The notes beneath the pieces were generated by a model. The model did no database searches and was not told the origin of the DNA. It saw only the letters and a program-made list of their open reading frames with translations. DNA of 64,000 bases from assembly GCA_002269645.1 (NCBI GenBank), contig NIVC01000154.1, forward strand, positions 1-64,000, read 5' to 3'. The position numbers and the translations under genes were made by a program. The DNA is from Macrostomum lignano. Taxonomy: Eukaryota. Positions 1 to 23,864 of the stretch are shown piece by piece. The first letter of the stretch is position 1. Each line of letters starts with the position of its first letter.

Positions 1-262
1 CCCAAAGCTACTTCTGATCTCTCACCTCTACTTCTTAGATTCTCCTGAAGCTACTTCTGATCCTCTATCTCTACTTCTTAGACTGCTCCCTCATCTCTAC
101 TTCTTAGACTCACTCTACTCTACTTCTTAGATTCTCCAAAGCTACTTCTGATCCTCTGATCCTCTACTTCTTAGATTCTCGCTCGATACTTCTAACCTCT
201 GATCTCTACTTCGGCCTCTCTACCTTTCTCTCGATTCTCTCTCCCGAAGCTACTTTCTGATT
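1..262. repeat. Degenerate about 41-bp CT-rich tandem repeat (truncated by window start)
   Basis: Recurrent AAGCTACTTCTGATC..CTCTACTTCTTAGA. Confidence 0.8.
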
Positions 263-959
263 CTCTCATATCTACTTCTTGGGTTTGCTACAATCGCTAC
301 AGAAGACAGGCAGACTTGAGACGATAGCGTTTTAATTTTAACAGAATAAATTTTCCACAGCTCGCAGAGTAGAAGTGCTGTAATAAAAATTATCGATTTT
401 AAAGTTATATAAAAAAGCTCTGGCTGCTCGCGCACTTTCATTTGAAACTTGCGCGACATTCTTTTTCCTTGTCAAAATTGACCTTGATGTCATTTTATCC
501 CACAAGCTAGCTGGCATTTCATACGATATACCGCATGTCAGAGCGCCTTGCTGGCATCTGTAGGCCATTGTCAAACATTTATTTGTCGGGCCTGAAAAAA
601 CCCTCGTACTGCTGTGTGAATGAAATAGTGGCTGCTTTTCTTGCGAGCTGGGTGTACGGCAGGGCAGATGACGCATTATGCAGTTGCTTGACTGGGGGAT
701 GAGTGACTGAACTTCTTAGCCAGTGCTGCTTTGTCTGCTCATTTCGCTCACTCTCTCTCTCTCCCTCTCTCACGGCCATTGTATATTTTTTCTGGTGTGT
801 GTGTTTGGCATTTTTCAATTCGGAAGTGTTACCCGCGCAGAACATGCGCAATATGGGGTCCTCTGCAAAAGCACTGAGACGGCCCATTATACTCAACTCG
901 AGGGACTCAGAGTCATGCTCACTGAGGCATTATATATACAGACTGTTGAATTGGAATTT

Positions 960-1038
960 CACGACAAAGCCGTCAGGTGTAGAACACTCTTCCGTTGTAG
1001 TTTGGTTTCTTCTCAACGGAGTCATCTAAATCCAGTTG
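960..1038 (+). other. Candidate non-coding 5' exon of SEC14L (5' end approximate), splicing 1038 to 1682
   Basis: TTATATATA near 930, donor TTG|gtgagt at 1039, acceptor cattttcag at 1681, 37 nt before the ATG. Confidence 0.4.
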
Positions 1039-1080
1039 GTGAGTCATTTCTAGAATAATTGGACCAGATCAAGTCGAAGC

Positions 1081-1118
1081 CACGGACTACTATATAAGCG
1101 ACAATTAAGTAGTCCGTG
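1081..1118. mobile_element. 38-bp TIR micro-element with 8-bp TSD
   Basis: GTCGAAGC [CACGGACTACT-16 nt-AGTAGTCCGTG] GTCGAAGC: perfect 11-bp TIR, perfect TSD at 1073-1080 and 1119-1126. Confidence 0.75.
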
Positions 1119-1134
1119 GTCGAAGCACTGCACG

Positions 1135-1645
1135 GGAAGATTTTAGCGCCACAAAGATGATTTTAGCGCCACAAAGATGATTTTAGCGCCACAGGAAATG
1201 AGATTTTAGCGCCACACAGGAGATTTTGGCGCCACAGGAAGGGAGATTTTAGCGCCACAGGAAGAGAGACTTAAGCGCGACATAGGAGATTTTAGCACCA
1301 CAGGAAATGATATTTTAGCGTCACCGAGAAGATTTTGGCGCCACATGGGGGGATTTAGCGCCACATGGGAGATTTTAACGCCACAGGAGGGAAATTCCAG
1401 CGCCACAGAAAGTGAGATATTAGCGCCACAGAAAGTGAGATATTAGCGCCACGGGAAGGCAGATTTTAGCGCCATAAGGAAAATGTTAGCGCCATAAGGG
1501 AGATGTTAGCGCCATAAGGGAGATGTTAGCGCCATAAGGGAGATTTTAGCGCCATAAGGGGAGATTTTAGCGCCATAAAGGAGATTTTAGCGCCACAGGG
1601 GAGATTTTAGCGCCATAAGGGAGATTTTAGCGCCACAGTGGAGAT
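1135..1645. repeat. About 21-bp minisatellite (GGGAGATTTTAGCGCCACA)
   Basis: About 24 degenerate units in the putative SEC14L 5'UTR intron. Confidence 0.95.
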
Positions 1646-1718
1646 TAAAGGCGTTTAATGAAATTCATATTCCATTTTCAGATATTCAAAATAATTTTCC
1701 ATTGAGGCTGCTAAGAAC

Positions 1719-4700
1719 ATGGCCGAAGCTCTATCTGTGAGTCTCAATTATATCATATTTATCATCATTTTACTTGCATTTTACCAATCGCGACTCGACA
1801 CTTTGCAGGGCGACCTTCCTCCTGAGCCGATGGACGATTTATCGCCGGAAAAGCAAAAACTTTTTCTCGAGGTTTGCACACAAAAAAATTTCGTTTTAGT
1901 GAAATGTAGTTTTTTTCTCAGATCGCCAAAATTTTCAATTTGCAGTTCAAGGACCAAGCCGCCAGTCTGATCGTGAAGGGCAAATTTCTGCACGAAGACC
2001 ACTTTTTAAAGAAGTGGCTGATCGCCAGAAACTGGGACGTCAGCAAAGCTGTGGCCATGTTTGCCGAGGTGAGGGGGGGGCAGTGCGTGCCTAACTAGAT
2101 GTACGAGCCCCGATGCTTGCACCGGCACATGGGGCTTCATGTGCACCGGCAACCGGCTGCACGAATGCGATCTGGTTGCCAGGGATCTGGAGGCTCAGAC
2201 CAGGCGACTGGGCGTATGTGTAGACAAAATGATCATCATCTTTGACCACTAGATTGACCACTCTTCTCAGCTCTCTTCTCTCTCCTCCCTCCCCTCTTCT
2301 CTCATTTTCTCTCCTTTTTTCCCTCTTCTAGAATGCCAAGTGTTACGTTTTGATACAATCGTGAATTTTAGTGGTCCTTGGCATGCACTATCTGCACACT
2401 CCAGCTTCGGTACATGCACACCCCAGCTTCGGTACATGCACAGCCCAGCTTCGGTGCATGCACACCCCAGCTTCGGCACATGCACAGCCCAGCTTCGGTA
2501 CATGCACACCCCAGCTTCGGCACATGTACAGCCCAGCATCGGCATATGCACACCCCGGCATCGGCACATGCACAGCCCAGCTTCGGTACATGCACACCCC
2601 AGTTTCTTCATCCCCTTCCGCCACAGAGTGAGAAGTTCAAGAAGGAGATGGACGTGGATCACCTGCTGGACTGGGAGCCGCCGGAGGTGCTGAAGCAGTA
2701 CTACTGCGGCGGTATCATAGGCCACGCCAAGGACGGCTCCCCTGTGAAGCTGGCCGCCACCAACCTGGACATGAAAGGCCTGCTGATGGCCTGTCGCCGG
2801 CAGGATGTCATTAAGAACCGGCTGCGGGAATGCGAGCTGGTTGTCAAGGAGCTGGAGGCTCAGACCAGGCGACTGGGTGTGTGGGTAGACAAAATGACCA
2901 TCATCTTTGACCAGAGCCACGCGTCCCAGATGCTGTGGGGTCCAGGTGAGTCGGAGAGTCGGGCTGATGCTCATGCTTGGTGCTGATAAGGGTGTGGGGC
3001 TGATAAGGGTGTGGGGCTGATAAGGGTGTGGGGCTGATAAGGGTGTGGGGCTGATAAGGGTGTGGGGCTGATAAGGGTGTGGGGCTGATAAGGGTATGGT
3101 GCTGATAAGGGTGTGGGGCTGATAAGGGTGTGGGGCTGATAAGGGTGTGGGGCTGATAGGGGTATGGGGCTGATAAGGGTGTGGGGCTGATAAGGGTGTG
3201 GGCTGATAAGGGTATGGTGCTGATAAGGGTGTGGGGCTGATAAGGGTGTGGGGCTGATAAGGGTGTGGTGCTGATGAGGGTGTGGGGCTGATAAGGGTGT
3301 GGGGCTGATAAGGGGGTGGGGCTGATAAGGGTGTGGGGCTGATAAGGGTGTGGTGCTGATGAGGGTGTGGGGCTGATAAGGGTGTGGGCTGATAAGGGTG
3401 TGGGGCTGATAAGGGTATGGGGCTGATAAGGGTGTGGGGCTGATAAGGGTGTGGGGCTGATAAGGGTGTGGTGCTGATGAGGGTGTGGTGCTGATGAGGG
3501 TGTGGGGCTGATAAGGGTGTGGGCTGATAAGGGTGTGGGGCTGATAAGGGTGTGGGGCTGATAAGGGTGTGGGGCTGATAAGGGTGTGGTGGTGATTAGC
3601 TGTACAGCTCACCGCCAGGGTGTAGGGAGGGGGGATAGGGGGGATGTATCCCCGCCCGAAGAGCCTGACCAAAACTTTTTCGTTGCCCTTTGTTGCTATA
3701 CATGCTACCATGTCACTCTGTCATAGCACTTTTACCTTGGTGTATCCCCCCGTAGAAAATTCACCTTGGTGTATCCCCCCGTAGAAAATTCACCTTGGTG
3801 TATCCCCCCGTAGAAAATTCACCTTGGTGTATCCCCCCGTAGGAAATTCCTGGCTACGCCCCTGCTCACCGCCATTTCCTTCATTTTTCGCCCCACAAGC
3901 CCGCGACATCAACACGTACTTTGCCAAGATGCTGGAGAGTAACTATCCCGAGATGTTGGGCAAAATGTTTGTCGTTAACGGTGAGTTTTCAGCATTTCTA
4001 TTTTTACCTTTGTATTCTATCGGATAATAATTGGAAAGCAAAAAATAGAGAATAACTACAATATTTCAGCTCCGGCGATCTTCCCTCTTCTGTGGAAACT
4101 GTTTCGTCCGTTCCTGGCTGAGGAGACCAAAAATAAAATCTTTGTTTTAGGCGGTGAGTTGCTCCCTCGTACATACTGAGCAGCTTCATTTGCAGTTACT
4201 TCAAGTAGTTAACCTGCGCTTTTTCATCTGTTTCAGGCGATTTCCAGAAGGTAATCGCCCAGCACATTGATGAGGATCAGTTTCCAGCTGCTTATGGTGG
4301 CACCAAGGTCGACGACAACGGGGACCCAATGTGCTCAGGCATTGTGAGCTGGGAATGGGGCTGGGAATGGAGCTGGGAATGGAGCTGGGAATGGGGCTGG
4401 GAATGGAGCTGGGAATGGAGCTGGGAATGGGGCTGGGAATGGGGCTGGGAATGGGGCTGGGAATGGGGCTGGGAATGGAGCTGGGAATGGGGCTGGGAAT
4501 GGGGCTGGGAATGGAGCTGGGAATGGAGCTGGGAATGGGGCTGGGAATGGAGCTGGGAATGGAGTTGGGAATGGAGCTGGGAATGGAGCTGGGAATGGGG
4601 CTGGGAATGGAGCTGGGAATGGAGTTGGGAATGGGGCTGGGAATGGGGCTGGGAATGGGGCTGGGAATGGGGCTGGGAATGGAGCTGGGAATGGGGCTGG

Positions 4701-6108
4701 GAATGGGGCTGGGAATGGAGCTGGGAATGGAGCTGGGAATGGGGCTGGGAATGGGGCTAAATTAGTACTAAACTCGGCATTCGCTTCTATGACAAACCTA
4801 AAAGTCATGCATGCAGACCTGCTTCATTCCCGCAGCTCGGCCCCCAAGGCCTGAAGGTGCCGGAGGAGCTGTACCTCACCGAAGGTCTGGTCGGCTGTGA
4901 CGACGCCGTTGAGATTGAAATCGGCTTCAACGAGAAGAAGACAGTCGGGATCGATGTGCAGCAGCCCGGCTCGCTGCTCAAGTATGAGGGTGACCAGTCT
5001 GGGATGTGGGAGGGCTAAAGAATCTAGGATCTGGGAGGGACGCAGCCTAATTTACAGGCACGCCCCGCCCCGCAGGTACGAGTTCAGCACCAAAGGCTAC
5101 GACATTGCCTTCGGCATCGATCTGGTGGCGCCAGCTGACGCCTGTCAGAACGGCGCCAAAACTCGGCGCCACGTCCTACCAACAGCCAGGTACAACTCGC
5201 ACATGGCGCCCGAGGTTGGCACCCTGTTGTGCGAGACTGCCGGCCTCTGTGAGTCGCCCTCCATTAGAGTAGTTCAAACATAGCGAACCATTTTTCATGA
5301 GCTCTGGCGTCTGAGAAGTTCTCATTCCCCTTTAGGATTGAATTGGGTTTGGGCAGAGGAGGAAGGGTTGGTGGCTGTCTAATTGCCGCGGAGGATGGGG
5401 TGGGGTCTAAGGAGAAATAAAATTTGGCAATTTTTAATTGCCGCGGAGGATGGGGTGGGGTCCAAGGAGAAATAAAATTTGGCTGTCTAATTGCTGCGGA
5501 GGATGGGGTGGGGTCTAACAAGAAATTAAATTTGGCTGTCTAATTGCCGCGGAGGATGGGGTGGGGTCCAACGAGAAATTAGATTTGGCTGTCTAATTGC
5601 CGCGGAGGATGGGGTGGGTCTAACGAGAAATTAAATTTGGCCGTCTAATTGCCGCGGAGGATAGGGTGGGGTCTAACGAGAAATTAGATTTGGCTGTCTA
5701 ATTGCCGCGGAGGATGGGGTGGGGTCTAACGAGAAATTAAATTTGGCCGTCTAATTGCCGCGGAGGATGGTGTAGGGTCTAAGGAAAAATAAAATCTGGA
5801 TTTCTAATTGCCGCAGAGGATGGGGTGGGTGTCTTTTTATTTTCCCAATTAGCTTTAGAATCTAAAAAGTAGTCTTAGCATTTGAGGATTCAAGGAACCG
5901 TGAATTCCATTAGCTAGACTATTTTTTTAAGATAATCCCCGAGATAAATGCAAAGCTAACCAATCCAACCCCCAAACCAGACGAGCTGGTGTTCGACAAC
6001 AGCTTCAGCTGGACCCGAGGCAAGCGGCTGCTCTACCGGGCTGAACTGCTGCCGCCCGTGCAGGACGCCGAGACCAGCGCCGAGATTGACCGGATGCGCT
6101 CGGCCTAG
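1719..6108 (+). CDS. SEC14L2: SEC14-like lipid-binding protein (CRAL-TRIO-N + CRAL-TRIO + GOLD), SEC14L2/3/4 family, 413 aa; join(1719..1736,1809..1871,1946..2068,2627..2945,3900..3980,4070..4153,4237..4343,4836..4981,5076..5248,5981..6108)
   Basis: All ten exons have AG/GT boundaries with matching phases (0,0,0,1,1,1,0,2,1) and total 1242 nt. Translation gives [80 protein letters not shown] and GOLD motifs [31 protein letters not shown], which I recognise as matching vertebrate SEC14L2. The 3900 acceptor is a weaker AAG. Exact paralog is not resolvable. Confidence 0.93.
2151..2252 (+). pseudogene. Diverged 99-nt in-frame copy of part of the SEC14L 2627-2945 exon (copy of 2816-2914) in the preceding intron
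   Basis: [33 protein letters not shown] versus [33 protein letters not shown]; no indels; no splice sites of its own. Confidence 0.85.
2394..2601. repeat. 22-bp minisatellite (CCAGCTTCGGTACATGCACACC), about 9 copies
   Basis: Period 22; SEC14L intron; source of the overlapping spurious ORFs. Confidence 0.95.
2982..3592. repeat. 17-bp G-rich minisatellite (CTGATAAGGGTGTGGGG), about 35 copies
   Basis: Period 17; SEC14L intron. Confidence 0.97.
3616..3864. mobile_element. hAT-like MITE, 249 bp, with internal 29-bp tandem repeat
   Basis: Perfect 8-bp TSD CTCACCGC (3608-3615, 3865-3872); imperfect TIRs CAGGGTGTAG / CTACGCCCCTG. Confidence 0.7.
4346..4757. repeat. 12-bp minisatellite (GGGCTGGGAATG / GAGCTGGGAATG), about 34 copies
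   Basis: Starts inside the 5' splice site of the SEC14L intron 4344-4835. Confidence 0.97.
5368..5825. repeat. 53-bp minisatellite, about 9 copies
   Basis: CTAATTGCCGCGGAGGATGGGGTGGGGTCTAACGAGAAATTAGATTTGGCTGT; last SEC14L intron. Confidence 0.95.
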
Positions 6109-6467
6109 TTTGCGATTATTGCTACTGCCACTAACAGTGTATGTATAAGCAAATTGTCGATTTTTTAATATTTATTTGAATATTTCTTGTCGACATTTAC
6201 CAAACAAATTATAAAAAAGCATAGTGGATGCTTGTTAACACAACTTTTAAGATCCTTGTTACTTTTAGGGTCGATTTTTATAGTCTCTATTGTATTATTA
6301 TTGAAATTTCCTATGGTTTTACTCGTATAATTATATTTCAAGATTAACTGAAATAAAAATGAGTGCAGGAGTATTGCACAACAGTGTTTTGTGTCATACA
6401 TTTTTTCGTATTATGATTTCAAGCTTCCATCAAAAGGGCTTATTAATAATGGTGGCGGCCTAGCTGC

Positions 6468-7050
6468 TAAAAGATCAAAGGGAGTGGAGGTGGCGGCTCA
6501 CTCGAAGATCAAAGGGAGTGGAGGTGGCGGCTCACTCGAAGATCAAAGGGAGTGGAGGTGGCGGCTCACTCGAAGATCAAAGGGAGTGGAGGTGGCGGCT
6601 CACTCGAAGATCAAAGGGAGTGGAGGTGGCGGCTCACTCGAAGATCAAAGGGAGTGGAGGTGGCGGGCGGCTCACTCAAAGATCAAAGGGAGTGGAGGTG
6701 GCGGGCGGCTCACTTGAAGATCAAAGGGAGTGGAGGTGGCGGCTCACTCGAAGATCAAAGGGAGTGGACGTAGCGGCTCACTCGAAGATCAAAGGGAGTG
6801 GAGGTGGCGGCTCACTCGAAGATCAAAGGGAGTGGAGGTGGCGGGCGGCTCACTTGAAGATCAAAGGGAGTGGAGGTGGCGGCTCACTCGAAGATCAAAG
6901 GGAGTGGAGGTGGCGGCTCACTCGAAGATCAAAGGGAGTGGAGGTGGCGGGCGGCTCACTTGAAGATCAAAGGGAGTGGAGGTGGCGGCTCACTCGAAGA
7001 TCAAAGGGAGTGGAGGTGGCGGCTCACTCAAAGATCAAAGTGAGTGGACG
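6468..7050. repeat. 34/38-bp minisatellite (GAAGATCAAAGGGAGTGGAGGTGGCGGCTCACTC), about 16 copies
   Basis: Downstream of the SEC14L stop. Confidence 0.95.
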
Positions 7051-7924
7051 TGGCACAAAAGCGAGAACAAAGACTTTTTAAACTTTTTCTCAGCAGGGCA
7101 AGACATCCAAATGTGACCAAATCTTGCAGTTGATTGCAAATTTATTTACACCAAACAAATTTATAATCAAATTTAGTTTTGAACATAATAGTTTTTAATA
7201 ATATGGCAACAAACAATAAACTGAAAGCAACTTAGGAAAATAAAATAACAAAAAACTTCGTGCTTGGATTATTAATCAAAGGTGCTTTCGCTCGGAAAAT
7301 TTGAGTTACGCTCGTAATAAGCAGAATAAACAGAAGATAACAGAGGAACTTCGGGTCCATCATCAGCTTAAAAAGCTTTACGATTGCGTCTGTCTGAAAA
7401 GCTGTTTGTTTAACTCATATTATTCATTTTTAGAAACATTCGAGTCCCTAAATTTTCCGGATTTCACAAGACGCAAAAGTTGTTTCAGCAGGCGTAAAAT
7501 CGAATGTTGAATCGAGCGAATGAACGGCAAAAATTGATTCCGTGGGAAAAACATACGAGCCTACTTAAATTAGACACCAACTAAACTGGACAGAAGCATT
7601 GAGACTGTCTAAAAATTATATTGCACAGAAGTAACCAGAATCGTTCGTTCTAGAGGAGGATTAAAAGTTGATTAGATATTGCTTCAGACGACAGCTAAGC
7701 GTCATAATACTAGGAAACGAAAAAATGATACCGATAAAAGGTTATTCAATGTCTTAATTAGTTGATTCGACTCAGTCACCTGCAATCACGTGGCAAGAAA
7801 TTAAAAAGCGACCACGTTAGAAAATCAAATATAATAATATTGCAACGGGAGCTTTAGACAGATTTTTGTTTCGGCACGGATTGACCACTCCGGCTTGTTT
7901 TTTAACTAGTTATTAAATCAAATT

Positions 7925-8305
7925 AATTGCCGCTAAAGGTGGAGGGGGTGGGTGGGTGTCTGCATAATTGCCGTGGAAAGGTGTTGGTGCCTAATTGCGG
8001 CGGAGAGGTGGGTGTCTGATTGCGGCGGAGAGGAGGGTGTCTGATTGCGGCGGAGAGGAGGGTGTCTGCATGATTGCCGTGGAGGGTTCGTGTCTGATTG
8101 CCGTGGAGGGGTTGGTGTCTAATTGCGGCGGAGAGGAGGGTGTCTGATTGCGGCGGAGAGGAGGGTGTCTGATTGCGGCGGAGAGGTGGGTGTTTGATTG
8201 CCGTGGGGAAGGGGTTGGTGTCTGATTGCGGCGGAGAGGAGGGTGTCTGCATGATGGCCGTGGAGGGGTGGGTGTCTAATTGCGGCGGAGGGTGGGTGTA
8301 TAATT
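7925..8305. repeat. Degenerate 25-30-bp repeat (TGATTGCGGCGGAGAGGAGGGTGTC)
   Basis: Shares the TAATTGCCG.GGAGG core with the 53-bp array. Confidence 0.85.
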
Positions 8306-9896
8306 GTGATGGAGGAGGCGTTGGGTGTCTGTTATAGTTATAGCCTGTACACCAGTTATTACAACTTAAATCTAAATTAAGTAGAGTTCGCCGAACAAAG
8401 CGTGTCAAAATCAAACTGCAGGGCAAGTCAAAAATAAAGCAAGCAAAAAAACAACATTTTATTGGAATAACAGGGTGTAAAAAATATGCTTATGAGTAGT
8501 ACGTGCGTATGCATGGGCAGACAAAACGGAACGGAAGCATTCGACACAAGAGTTACAGCAGAACGAGGTTGAACGAGGAGTCATAACAATCACCAAAGGA
8601 AAATTATATAGAAAAGGAGGGTTTCTATTTCAACAACAAAAAGGAAAATATTTGCTGTCAGCACACCATATAATATGCATAATACTTGTATAATAAAGAT
8701 AATCCGTATTGCTGGTCTGCTTAATACTGCCGTTATATGTTGTCCGGGGAATATGATTCACAATTTCTGGTCTTTAAAGAACATGAATATATAAAACAAG
8801 AGAGCGCATAAGTAAGAAACTAATAAATAACATTAACAATGTGTGTACAGAATGTGCGGAAAAGCAGACCAATCAAGGGATAGTAACGAATCATCTTATC
8901 TATTGCAGGGGCAGCAGCAGTTTGCAATATAAAAGCAGCGAATTGCACAGACAAGTTCAACGAGACTACAGTTAATAATAAAATTAATACTTATCATAGG
9001 GACGTGGGAGAAAAAAGCTGATTAAAACAATCATAAGGGTCGGCAAGGAATATTCAACACAACAGATTGCACTAATTTAATCAATTTATTTTCAAGTTCA
9101 TCTACTAATAGTAGCAATCAGCAGCTTTAGCTGTTAAAATGATTCATGCACAGCTCAGATATGCTAAACAAACAACTAGATGCGACACTGTTTATGTCAC
9201 CTCTATTCAGTAGTAGCGAGTAAAGAAAGCGGCAGCCATTACTTTGTTGGTTTAAAAACCAGACTATAAACTTTTTGATCAGAGCGGCAGTAATGTACGG
9301 TAGATTTGCCCCCGCCGTGTGTGGCAGACAATTTAAATTGGAAGCTTAAACTCCAGGAGGGAGGGAGCTGGCAGGATGATCAATTAAATGGGGTAAGAAA
9401 ATTAATGTACATTATTCAGTAGGACAGACAGTTCATAGGAGGGTTAGGCCCGCGGCGTGGGGAGGTAGGACAATAAAATAGAATACAGGGAATCCGTGTA
9501 CACAATGTACACGATAATGTACATAGCAGGCTAACTCTGAGGCGTGAGAAAGGAGGGCAATAAAATGAGGAGGGGGTTAGTGAAGTAATCGGAGTTGCGA
9601 TAAAGTTTTCGTGGAACAGCGCGAACGATTAAGCAGATGAATAGATGAACCCAGTGCCAGGGATTCTGAAGCTAAGAGAGAGAAAATACCACTGAATTTT
9701 AAGTAGGTTAGCTGCGCATAAAAGCTTAGCTTAGTGCCACATCTAGCTATTTTAGCATTTGCAATCGATTTAAAAATAAAACTGATGAATGCAAAACATA
9801 AAAGGAATACAAACGCTGGAGACATCGAATGAACCATTTCGATGGAGTGTTGAAATGCTCGACTAAACAGAACAGAACGGCAGCGGATCAGTGCGA

Positions 9897-21355
<11,459 letters not shown>

Positions 21356-22227
21356 CCGGCTTCTGCTGCTGCTGCTGCTGCTGCTGGTGGTTCGGCAAAC
21401 CTGCATAACACGCGGTCCGGGGTGGGTTGAGCTGTTGAACTCAATTCGAAATTGGCAGGGAAGCAGACAATCAGAGTCGGACTCAGGGAGGTGAGAAGGG
21501 GAAACTATAATATCGATTTCCCTGATTGCACACGCTACTGACAGTTCGATCTGGGGGGCTCAGGAGGGCCGCTCGCTTGCCAAGGAATCAAGGATTGCGG
21601 GTGGCCTTAGCTAAGTTCTAGGTAAGAGAAATGGCCTTTGAGCATTTCCTCCACTCCCCGTCCTGGTTTTTGTTCCTTCTTTTTATTCCCCTTTCTTTCC
21701 CCTTTTCTTTTTCACCCCCACCCCCTCCTCCGAGTTGCTCAACCCCCCTCCGTGGGGGAGCTTCATGACTGGCGGGCAGCGCCTCTCTGCAGTATTTTTA
21801 CACAAACAATGCGGCACTAGGGCCGCTCTGAGGGGAGGGAGGCGCTGTGTGGTGGGGCCAATGTCCAATGGAAGCTTTAGACTCGGGCTGGGAAGAGTAA
21901 CAGGAGGGGGGAGAACAAAGAGAAACGAATCACTGGGCGCGGAAAGAAGAAAGAAGGCAAATTGAAGTGGTTAAGATTACTAAAACAGAAGACACTGAAG
22001 AGCGGGCTATATTAAAAAATGCAAGGGGATTTTCGAGATTCGATTCGATCTTTCTCAATTCCCCACTACTGCTGCCGAAGGACTGAGAGCTCTCAAGGCT
22101 TCTCTCAGGTTTCGCACACGCACAAATTGGTCCAATCAGAGGCGGGTGCGTGCGAGGGGGCAACCCACCTCCCACAGGGGGAAAAGTGACCTGGGAGCGG
22201 ATTGAGAGGATATAAAAAATGGCAAAA

Positions 22228-22660
<433 letters not shown>

Positions 22661-23775
22661 CCACGGCATCCTTCCATCTAGCGGGCAAACCGAAACGTGA
22701 GGTGTGAAGCCGAGACAAGAAGCATGCCATGCTAACATAAGTCAAAAAGCAGACAAACAGACACTTCGTGGGTCAGGCTTTATCAACCCTCTGTCCTCTC
22801 ATACCCACCGCAGTTGAACAAATCAGATTCTTTGTATTCCTTCTTTCTGTCTGTGATCCCCACCGCCAAGATGCTCTTATCTCCTGGCTGGATTGGGCTG
22901 TTGATGCTCTACAGAGGCTGCCTGAGCAAAGAGAAGCGCATGGGCATGGCGGCAATATAAATATAGTGGCGAGCAAGGGGAGGAATAGCTCAAGGGAATC
23001 TCATGCTTGGAAGAGGAGGGGAGATTGAGATATGTAGAGAGAGAATATATAAGCCGTGGCACAATAGGAGCCCGATTCGTATACAAACAAGTCTTCAGAT
23101 TGCGAATACAGTCTTTCTACCCATACTGTATGCTGTACAAGCCGTTCCCGTGCTGAGCTGAGCATCTCCCCCCCCTCAATATAGGATCTCAGAAGGACTC
23201 AAAAACTGCTTGACCGCATACTTCGTGGGACCGGTGCAAGTCAACAGATAAGAAGTGTCTATCTATCCAATCTGTTTGAGTCAAACAGGACCTCGAAACC
23301 TGGAATTTGTCCCAATAAAACTTTGAGATCAATCGTCATCTAGACAGTATTTATTTATAGTCAGTATTGATATTGCGGCTTGACAGAATTGTGACAGTTC
23401 TCAAATAGAAATTGTCAGAATCAAACGCGCACCTGTCTTATTCTATAGCATTTATCTTATAGGGCGTCGGCTACCAATCTCCATGGACTTTGAAAAAATG
23501 GGCCACGATATGCATCCAGCATGAGCAGTCAGGGGTTTCTTTAAACCTCAATTCACAGCTAATTTCTTTGGGGGTGGGGGGCTGTTTCAGCTTATAGTAT
23601 ACAATTGGTACACTATGGGGCATCTGTTGCACTGCATTTGTTTGCGCAGGTATGTGTAGGTATGGCACGACAATGTATGGCAACACCTCCACCATTACCT
23701 ATAACTTTAATCTTCCCCAAAGCTAACCGTAACCCAGGGGCGGAACCAGGATTTTGGATTAGGGGCTGCATCACG

Positions 23776-23864
23776 AGGGGCGCCAGCACCAGGGGCGCCA
23801 GCACCAGGGGCGCCAGCACCAGGGGCGCCAGCACCAGGGGCGCCAGCACCAGGGGCGCCAGCAC
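23776..23864. repeat. 15-bp repeat (AGGGGCGCCAGCACC) x6, following a MITE-like end CAGGGGCGGAACCAGGATTTT at 23735
   Basis: Direct reading; no partner TIR or TSD found. Confidence 0.85.
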
